NCBI RefSeq assembly: GCF_006345805.1
Contig: NC_043018.1
Coordinates: 2,914,001 to 2,978,000 of the forward strand
Reading direction: 5' to 3'
Origin: Octopus sinensis
Lineage: Eukaryota
Length of the DNA: 64,000 nucleotides
Shown here: piece by piece, positions 54,789 to 64,000 of the stretch
Numbering within the stretch: position 1 is the stretch's first letter
How the letters are laid out: every line of letters begins with the position of its first letter
Made by a program: the position numbers and the translations under genes
Notes under the pieces: generated by a model
Seen by the model: only the letters and a program-made list of their open reading frames with translations
Database searches by the model: none
Told to the model about the DNA's origin: nothing

Positions 54789-54848
54789 CCGAGGACAGTC
54801 TGTTTCTGGATTTGTGGGTAAAACGCCACTTTTCCTTCATCAGCTCAG
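54789..54848 (-). ncRNA. Type I hammerhead ribozyme, canonical core with GUC site
   Basis: Minus strand CTGAG | CTGATGA | A-GGA-aaa-GTGG..CCAC-aaa-TCC-A | GAA | ACAG-a-CTGT | C | CTCGG. 5-bp stem I (one GU pair), interrupted stem II, near-palindromic stem III; predicted cut between 54794 and 54793. Confidence 0.82.
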
Positions 54849-54913
54849 AGATTTCTTGATCAGTTCAAATCTAAATTAGTATATATATGTATATATATAT
54901 ATATATACATATG

Positions 54914-55204
54914 TGGAAGCGCGATGGCCCAGTGGTTAGGGAAGCCGACTCGCGGTCGTAGGATCGCGGTTTCGATTCCCAGACCAAGTGTTGTGAGTGT
55001 TTATTGAGCGAAAACACCTAAAGCTCCACGAGGTGGTGGCGACCCCTGCTGTACCCTTTCGCCACAACTTTCTCTCACTCTTTCTTCTGTTGGCCCGCTC
55101 GTTTAGCCAGCGTCATTTGAAGGCTAAAACAATGCGAAACGCATTGTGACCGGCGATGTGTAGCAACATCTGATACCCTGGTCGGTCACGGTGATCACGG
55201 TGAT
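54914..55204 (+). mobile_element. SINE family C with a second tail type
   Basis: TGGCCCAGTGGTTAGGG..GACTCGCGGTCGTAGGATCGCGGTTTCGATTCCCAGACC head plus central domain; tail ends in (CACGGTGAT)2. Confidence 0.9.
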
Positions 55205-55252
55205 ATGTGTATAGATACACACACACACTAACACACACACATACACACACTA

Positions 55253-55332
<80 letters not shown>

Positions 55333-55367
55333 ATATATATTTATAATTCTGCAAGCTATAATAAAAT

Positions 55368-55622
55368 GTTGTGCGTGTTTATTGAGAGAAAACACCTAAA
55401 GTTCCACGAGGCTCCGTCAGGGGGTGGTGGCGAACCTTGAGGTACACGTTCCCCACAAGTTTTTTTCATTCTTTCATTCCTGTTTCTGTTCTACTTGTAT
55501 TTCAAAGGGTCAGCCTTGTCACACTCTGTGTCACACTGAATTTCTCTGAGAACTACGTTAAGGCTGGTCCGTTGAATCGGATCAAGTGGAACCCTTGTCG
55601 TCGTAACCGACAGAGATCCACG
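55368..55622 (+). mobile_element. SINE family C, headless diverged copy
   Basis: GTGTTTATTGAG.GAAAACACCTAAAG.TCCACGAGGCTCCG...GCCTTGTCACACTCTGTGTCAC...GTCGTCGTAACCGAC. Confidence 0.87.
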
Positions 55623-55623
55623 A

Positions 55624-55695
<72 letters not shown>

Positions 55696-55788
55696 ATATA
55701 TAGTATCTATTATATATATATATATATATCTATATATATATGTGTATTATATATTTGTTTATCTATCTATCCATTTATCTATGTTGTG

Positions 55789-55825
<37 letters not shown>

Positions 55826-56405
55826 ATTTATGAATGAATGAGTGCGCCTGTGTATATCTGTTTTCGTGTTCTCATATATATGTATGTGTGTCTATGTATG
55901 ACTGAGTGTGCAGTCTGCGTGCATTGGATCTTAAATATGCATATATATGGCGCCCAAAACACAGAATTCTCTACGTAAATAGCGTTTAGTTGAACGATTT
56001 TTTTTTCAGTGTCGATTATTTCGATTTAACGCATTTTAGACACATGCACGTATATATATGTATGTGTATATTATATATATATGATATCTTATATATATAT
56101 ATTATATATATATATATATATGAGTGTGTCTCTGTGTGTGTATACATTTACATACAAACACATTTGCACACGCACATATATATGTGTGTGTGTGTCAGCA
56201 AGTTGGCATTATTTAAACTAAGTAGTTTGCACGAAATGAGAATTTCCATTTACGGCCATAGTTAATACTGATTAGAACTCCGATAATGACCTCATCCATT
56301 CTACCAAAACCAACAAAACCAATAGAAAATAATGACAAACTGTTGAAGAATTCATCTATTTCCTGTGCTGTTATAAATATTTCAGCGCTAAACCATATTT
56401 CCTCA

Positions 56406-56456
56406 GTAATTAGAAGCTATAACGCTTTTACCGAAAACGTTATAGCTTCTAATTAC
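56406..56456. repeat. Perfect 19-bp inverted repeat (hairpin)
   Basis: GTAATTAGAAGCTATAACG - 13-nt loop - CGTTATAGCTTCTAATTAC. Confidence 0.92.
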
Positions 56457-56494
56457 CGTTAGCAAAAATATGAAATAACAAAACAAATTATTCA

Positions 56495-56594
56495 NNNNNN
56501 NNNNNNNNNNNNNNNNNNNNNNNNNNNNNNNNNNNNNNNNNNNNNNNNNNNNNNNNNNNNNNNNNNNNNNNNNNNNNNNNNNNNNNNNNNNNNN
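56495..56594. other. Assembly gap (100 N)
   Basis: Run of N characters. Confidence 1.
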
Positions 56595-57294
56595 TATATA
56601 TATATATATATATATACATAGACACATGTGTCTATCTGGGAAAGAGAAAGAGGGAAGGAGAGATGATAGATAAATAGATAGATAGATACATACATACATA
56701 TATACATATATACATACATAAATAAATCCAAACATCGATTTAGAATAGACTCGCACAGAAAAACACAAACCCATACGCACATACCCAAATGCGCACTTTG
56801 GTACACACGTCTATACACGTTCTGAGAGAGAGCGAAAACACGTCGGATAGAAAAGACTACAAAAGAAAGAAAATTGGACTCGACATGACTTATTCAGTTT
56901 ACATTTAGACATGCTGCAATGGTCTGAATAAAAAATCGTTTCTTCAAGATGGAAGAATTTGAAGTGGTTGTCTTCGATTTGATTGCTTGGTTACTTAATA
57001 GCCAACTCTGAAAACAATGCAACCATGTGAGTGTGTGAGTGCGTATGTGTAATTCTATTTGTGTGCGTGAGTGTGTATGTGTTGTCTCTTCTGACATACA
57101 TACACGAATACGCACACACATGTTTACACACACACACACACATCTCACTCATATAAGGACATGTATGTGTGAACTGGATAAAAATCAATTAAAATCAAGT
57201 ATGGTTGTTCGTGTGTGCGTGTGTATGTATGCGTGAGTGCGTCTGTTAAAGTATGCGTGTGTGAGTGTCTACGCGCGCGCGCGTGATGCACATT

Positions 57295-57535
57295 GGTTTC
57301 CTGCCAAGGAGAACCACTATTAATGATCTCTTTATAGCTCGGCAACTACATTAAGCAAGTAGTAGACCCTTTGCACTTAGCATTCGTTGACCTGCAGAAA
57401 GCTTTGAGCAGTTTGCCTGGATCTCTTGTCTCATGGTCTCTGTAAAAGCTAAGATTAGTCGAATGACCAGTGAGAGCTGCTGAACTAACGTTCAGGGAAG
57501 CCGTTAGCAAAATTAGCGTAAACAACGAGTGGAGC
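57295..57535 (+). mobile_element. RTE-clade RT fragment
   Basis: GFLPRRTTINDLFIARQLH* ... PLHLAFVDLQKAL..LPGSLVSWSL*KL...VRA....REAVSKISVNNEWS. Confidence 0.8.
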
Positions 57536-60500
57536 GTTGTCCTGCAGGTCATAACGGGGTTATTTAAGAGGATTTACTGTAGGAACTCTTCTTTTTATAT
57601 GACTTCCTGTTGCTGTAACTGTAGAAGAATTAGATTTAAAATTCCAATTATGGAAGCACATCCTGAAATTAAAATTTACCGTAGCACAGACTAAATCCTT
57701 CTCACAAAATTCAACATTGTATTTTTAACCCGACACATGTTTCGCGACTGACTAAGTGTCCAAAATCCTTTGGTGTAGCATCACTTGGTTCCTTTGTAGT
57801 AAATATTCATCTTATGCAGCTTTGTTTCATGTTTTGCGCGTGCGTTTGGGAGAAGCCAACGGACGAGTCAATTGTTAGAAATGCTGTAGAATATATTTTC
57901 AAAGAACATGAAGGAAATTTGTCGCTATGGCGACAGAGGTGTAAATACACCTGGTCAGTTCACAAAGCGCGTAACCACAGAGGGGTACTGACGCATTTCG
58001 GAGTGACAATCTCCTCTACACCCAAAGACAAACACAGACACACACACACAAGCACGTACCCTAAACTATGCCAAGAAACTTCAATTTATTATATTTTGTA
58101 AGTAAACTATTTACATTCCTGCAACTCTATAAAGGATATTTAAAATCAAGAAATGTTGCATCGAAAGATTATTATTTAAAACGGACATTCCTTTCACTTG
58201 ATAAGTTAGCTTCATATCTGTATAGATTTAAAAGAATTTTAAAGATATTGATGCAGACCTGTAAGTAATGTATTTATATTAAAATATAATAAAATAAATT
58301 ATATTTGCATATAAGTTATGAAACAGTTGTAGTGATATAAGCATTTCCAATGGTTAAGTAAATTTAATCCTATTAATTCTTTCGTCTTTTATAACTAATT
58401 CACTCCTTAAGGTTTTTGTCTCATACCATACGATATATTATTTATGATTTGTAGAATAATCGTTTAAGGAGGTTTTTGCAATGAGTAATAGGGGATAAGA
58501 TAAATCCATATAAGTAGATTGTATCTTTAAACTGAGTAAACACACACACACTAACGCGCACACACAAACATACACACACACATAGCTAAATATCTATCTT
58601 TATATATATAGATGCATACATGCATATATCTATGCATAAATATAAATGTAAGTGTATACATATTTAATACATTCATGCAATTGTGTGAACATACACATAT
58701 GTGTATGTATATATATATATATATATCTATATACACGCAAGCATATCTATTTATACATATGTATACATGTATCAATGTGTGAGTGACTATGTATATACGT
58801 TTACTTGTATATATACATGTGAAATTACCGAATACGATTGTGATTTCAGCCCTTATACAGTTAAAGTAGAAATATTGTGCGTATTCAAAATGTTGCATAT
58901 ATAAGTACGTACATATATGCATATATATATGTATATATATAAATTTGTATATATATATACAAAGATGTATATATAAATATGTGTGTTATTGTGTATGCAT
59001 ATATATACATATATATATACATAGATATATGTGTGTGCGTGCGGGGGTGTGTGTGTGAATACATATATTCATACACATGCTGAAAAGTTTGCAGATATTC
59101 TCAATCGTGTGTGCGATTCTGTGTGTGCTTTTGTTTTAAAATATTTTATGATGAATATAAACTTTTATTCTAGTTCTCCTTTATCTGATAGTTGCAACGA
59201 TTTTATATAAAATGTGTTGTGCAGTCTCATGGGTCCTTTTCTAGCACTTATATATTTGAAAACAATGTGAATAAAAAAAAAGCTAACCGGAAATATCATA
59301 CATTTTGTTTGCAATATTACAACATTCATGCATTCATCATTTTATATTTTGTTATTTTCTTTCGTTTAAAAGACAGCCATATTTTATTCAATCATTTTAA
59401 TCTTGTTGCAACTGTATATCGCTTGAAACAGGAAAAAAAATATACATATGAACAACAAGAAACGTCTATTCATACCCTTCTCTCTAAATATAGGAAAATC
59501 TCTGGTGAAAATTGGCGTCAAAAAAGTTCTGTCACCAATCTCATGATGCTTCTGTACCCACATAATGTTGCAAACTTTGTTCAAATTTCTCTGCAATATT
59601 GTAAATGATTAAAATCGTGTAAAATATTTAATGTTGTGTTGCTCAAATGTTTTGACGTCATCGCAAGCTGCAGATGAAATATTTGTTTCAAATTTTTACG
59701 CAAGGCCAGCAATAGTGTGGAAGGAGATACGTCGATGTTATCGATCAGAATGTTCAACTTGTGCGTATTTTATCGACCATTAAATGCAAAGCTGACCTCC
59801 ATGGAATTTGTTCTCAATCCATGAAGACGGACAAAACTATGCTAAGTGTTGTATCCGGTGTGCTGACGGGTTTGCCAGCTTGCAGGTCTGCTGCAGAACA
59901 TAAATTGGTTTCAAATTCTGGAACAAGGCCAGCAATTTCGAGTTTGGCGAGTAAATCGATTACATCGACTGCAATGCTCAAACTGGACCAAAATTTATCG
60001 ACACCTAAAAGATAAAAAGAAAAGTAGGCCATGCCTCTCTTGAACTCAGAACGTAAAGTCGGATGAAACGCCCCCAAAACAATTTTTCCGACGTAGTAAC
60101 TGGTGATCAAATATTATGGTAGAGGTGCACTTGACAAGGTGGATAAAAAAGATATTAGATGTGTTTTAATCTAGAAAGTAATCAAAAGAAAAATTTGAAA
60201 AATTTTGCCTCATTAATTACGCTTGGAAAACAGCGTGCAAGGAAAAATCACTTTTCTAAATATATATTTTTTTGCAAACATATAATTCTCTTTCTTGAAT
60301 GTTAGTTGAGAAACGCGTAGCTTTAAAGGGAAGAGCAGAAGACTACGAGACACCTGTGCATTGTTTACTGACGTCACTTAATGAAAGGTAAGATGGTGAA
60401 TCTGCCTGACTAATGAATTAGATACATTCGATACACGATCATAAATTTGATACACGGCAGACCGTTGTGTCCTTGAGCAAGAATTTTATTTCAGGACAAC

Positions 60501-60543
60501 CCTGTCCAATCAGATGGCAAAAATGAGTTGTACGTGTAATTTA

Positions 60544-60787
60544 TTAGGTTTTCAATGAAGGTCTAGTGGTTTTTAACCTTTAAATTCAGATGCATGTATC
60601 TCGGCTCAAACAAAACTTTATTAATCATAATAAACATCGTCCGAATCAACACACTTTTGCCAACGCGAAACAAGTTTATTTATGTCAGTACCATAAAACC
60701 CTGCGTTCTTTTCCCGATGAAGTCGTTGAAGGCGTGTTTGGCATCGTCTTGGTTTTTGAAGCATTTTTTATGCAGGAAGTTGTCGTA
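60544..60787 (-). mobile_element. Mariner 3' end, Hsmar1/cecropia-like
   Basis: Minus strand DNFLHKKCFKNQDDAKHAFNDFI...INKLVSRWQKCVDSDDVYYD*, then TAATAAAG..TGTTTGAGCC and a decayed TIR ending AACCTAA-TA. Confidence 0.85.
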
Positions 60788-60970
60788 GCTGTCTAAAGTC
60801 TTTCAGTATGATGTATGGCCTATTTGCATCTATCTTTCTGTCAGTTTGAATGGTGAAGTTCTAGAGGAGTGAGATGTGATCATTTTCAAGCTCTAGGGTT
60901 GGTTTGTGTTCCCACCAGTTTTTATCAGGAGAGAATTCCAGGTTTTTGAAAATTACCCTGTGAATATATT
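60788..60970 (-). mobile_element. R4/Dong-like LINE fragment (RLE start)
   Basis: Minus strand YIHRVIFKNL...KNWWEHKP..LENDHISLL*NFTIQTDRKIDANRPYIILKDFRQ. Confidence 0.85.
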
Positions 60971-60979
60971 ATGCAGCTC

Positions 60980-61031
60980 TCGAACTCCGAATCTTAGGGT
61001 TAGTAGCCCGCGCTCTTAACCACTACGTCAT
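60980..61031 (-). mobile_element. tRNA-like head fragment
   Basis: Minus strand ATGACGTAGTGGTTAAGAGCGCGGGCTACTAACCCTAAGATTCGGAGTTCGA (A and B boxes); homologous to 61241-61290. Confidence 0.7.
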
Positions 61032-61240
61032 TTTAAAATCTTCCCCCTGTGGGATGTTGTTAAAATAATAGACAGAACGGCAGTGGAACATACGAAAACT
61101 AAAAGAAGCAGCACATATGCTAGGACACAACAACCTCCTAAGCAGATCGAGTGCAGATACGAGTAGCTATTGGAACAGGTATTAAGGCTAGGAAAATATT
61201 AGATTTATAAACCTTAAAATTCACTCCTTAATTGCCCACG

Positions 61241-61300
61241 GGGATATGGCGTAGTGGTTAAGAGCGCTGGATATTAATCCCAAGATCCCTATAATAATAG

Positions 61301-61389
<89 letters not shown>

Positions 61390-61692
61390 GCTGCTCATGT
61401 ATTTTAATTTAACTTAAAAAAAAAAAAAATGAACGAACTATTGAGTTTGGTTTAATGGCCTACCAATGTATACTATGAGTTTCTTCGCCCTAGGAGTCGG
61501 GAAGACACTCGGCAAGAAATGGAAGCAAATTTGAAAGGAGAAAAAAAAGTAATAAAAATGATAATAATAATAACATAGAAAAATACCTTAGGAATGGAAA
61601 CCCAGATGAAGCCTGGAGGGTATTTGAGCCGAAACGTTGTGTTAACAACAAACAAGATGAGGACAAATATCCGTCAAATGTAAACAATGTAT
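61241..61692 (+). mobile_element. Composite: tRNA-like head + (TAC)/(TAA)n + hammerhead-like tail (61601-61640)
   Basis: TGGCGTAGTGGTTAAGAGCGC head; tail CCAGATGAAG.CTG...GCC-GAAAC-GTT...AACAAACAAGATGAGGACA resembles the 52.5/52.9-kb copies. That head and tail belong to one element is inference. Confidence 0.5.
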
Positions 61693-62407
61693 AAAACAAA
61701 CTGTCTCAGAACAATGTTTCCAAAATAAGTGGGCATCATTCACGATGCAAAGTCTAACATGCCACGAAAGTAGATTTCTAGATGCTGATTGTGGATCAAG
61801 AAGGGAGATCGTCAGCATTTCGCTGTTCTCTATCTTTCTTTTGCTGAGGTTCCTACTTTTATTTGAATTTCCACGTTAGGTTGATGAACCGATTTACTAA
61901 AATTTAATAACCACAACCCCAATCAGTCCACCAAACTACTTAGTGTTCGTGAAAGAAGAGCAAGTAATTGTTTCAGATTAGGCACACCGGCAGACTTGAA
62001 GGAAGGTCGGTGAAATCGACTGCAGTACTGGACAAGTACCTTCCGTAATCGAATCCGAAAGATGTTCAGTGTTTAAACCGATGGCGTTTGAAATCAGAAA
62101 GATAAATAGCGGCAACATAACATAAACGAATTTATTGTGACGGCTTTAATTATTCCCACCAGCTAATTACTTTTAAACTGGCAGATGATATAAGAGTTAT
62201 TCATAATGGCTACTTCGTTGCTACTGTGCAAAACATGATTAAGACATAGACGAGTTGAAAGGTGTGTATACTCTTTAATCGTGGCCGGGGAATATAGAAG
62301 TCTAACTTTATTGCACTCTCTAAGAACAGAAAGTTTCTATTGACTCATGGGAAGTATTAAAGTTATTGATGATCACGTGGTTAAAATCACAATTCTAATG
62401 TTTAGTA

Positions 62408-62790
62408 TGGAAGCACTCCGTCGGTTCCGACGACGAGGGTTCCGGTTGATCCGATCAACGGAACAGCCTGCTCGTGAAATTAACGTTCCAGTGGCTGAGC
62501 ACTCCACAGACACGAGTACCCTTAATGTAGTTCACGGGGATATTCAGCATGACACAGAGAGTGACAAGGCCGGCCCTTTGAAATAGAGGTAGAGCAGAAA
62601 CAGGAAGTAAGAGTGAGAGAAAGTTGTGGTGAAAGAGTACAGCAGGGATCACCAGCATCCCCTGCCGGAGCCTCGTGGAGCTTTAGGTGTTTTCGCTCAA
62701 TAAACACTCACAACGCCCGGTCTGGGAATCGAAACCGCGATCCTACGACCGCGAGTCCGCTGCCCTAACAACTAGGCCATTGCGCCTCCA
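62408..62790 (-). mobile_element. SINE family C, full length with TSD
   Basis: tRNA-like head GGAGGCGCAATGGCCTAG...GGTTTCGATTCCC on the minus strand; flanked by the 13-bp repeat CTAATGTTTAGTA (62395-62407 and 62791-62803). Confidence 0.95.
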
Positions 62791-63187
62791 CTAATGTTTA
62801 GTAAGCTCAAGTAAGACTTGTGAGAAGATAAAGTCATTAATGCAGAAAAAGAAAACAAGGTCCTCATTGTCGCAAATTCTGGAGTCGGTACGTAATTAGT
62901 TGGTTTCAGCGCATTTGTGGACTAATGCAAAAAAAGAAATGGGGGACAACGCCCTTCATTAATATGTGTAAAATTTATTTCAATATTATACAAAGGGATT
63001 CATTTAATTGAGGGAGAGTCTGAAGCACATGACAGATATTTAAGGTTACATGTTAAACCCAAAAGAGGTCATTAAGCCTACACACACAAACACACACACA
63101 TGCGCGCACACGTACACATACACAGACAAACACACAAATATATGTATATATACATATACGTATAATACACATGCAAATATACATGCA

Positions 63188-63228
<41 letters not shown>

Positions 63229-63417
63229 TTGTGTGTATATATATCCATATAAATACATACATACATACACATGTATTTATATATATAAACATATATAACA
63301 CATATACACACAGAGAGGTTTATATTTAATATACATATTAGGCATATATATGTATATATATATATATACAAACACGCACACAAACGCATATATATTATGT
63401 ATGTATAATGTTATATA

Positions 63418-63465
<48 letters not shown>

Positions 63466-63476
63466 ATAATATATAT

Positions 63477-63513
<37 letters not shown>

Positions 63514-63546
63514 GTCTATATAATATATATATATATAATAGATAGG

Positions 63547-63579
<33 letters not shown>

Positions 63580-63876
63580 TAGACATACATACATTCACCA
63601 ACAAGGTTGCGGCGTCTTGAGCTCATAGACATAGTTGGTTCCACCGCTTCCATATTTAATTTTACGGTGGATTTACAAGACAAATCTTCACACCTCTAAC
63701 AAGCTACGATATTTGTCAGACAAAAAACAAAAATATATCTTACATTTTCTTCAAAGTACTTCAAAGTATCATTGTGTTGTATGTACTAAATGAATGACAG
63801 CTTAAAAACTTAACAATAACTAATCAGCACGTACAATGTGAATACATATGTATATATGAGTGTATACATATGTATG

Positions 63877-63939
<63 letters not shown>

Positions 63940-64000
63940 TTATATATATATATGATAATATTTATTTATTTATTTATCTGTTTTATATATATATATATAT

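Noticed and set aside
57814-58101. 95-aa ORF with ordinary composition
   Set aside because: No recognisable domain; length is within chance expectation and the ORF ends in a CA repeat region.
62715-62790. tRNA-like sequences here and at 17010-17082, 37330, 54914 and 61241
   Set aside because: A/B boxes are present but no convincing complete cloverleaf, and they continue into repeat bodies; they are SINE-type heads, not tRNA genes.

Overview
AT-rich, microsatellite-dense eukaryotic (animal) DNA with one 100-N assembly gap. No host protein-coding gene, rRNA, intact tRNA or CRISPR array can be supported; almost all ORFs in the track are translations of simple repeats. The SINE and LINE families resemble ones I recall from octopus genomes, so a cephalopod source is likely (inference). 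The window is mostly transposon remnants: four tRNA-derived SINE families (three copies with clean 12-13 bp target-site duplications), a near-complete DD34D mariner (39610-40902), other mariner/Tc1, hAT and pogo-MITE relics, two Helitron RepHel fragments, RTE and R4/Dong LINE fragments, and two Penelope-like retroelements (Neptune-like and Naiad-like). The most interesting signal is absent from the ORF track: a dispersed set of type I hammerhead-ribozyme (HHR) motifs. Two have fully canonical cores (20079-20162 +, 54789-54848 -) and sit in short islands flanked by (TA)n. A separate three-copy family places the HHR downstream of a tRNA/B-box-like head. Family assignments come from manual translation and recalled motifs, not database searches; boundaries of degenerate elements are approximate.
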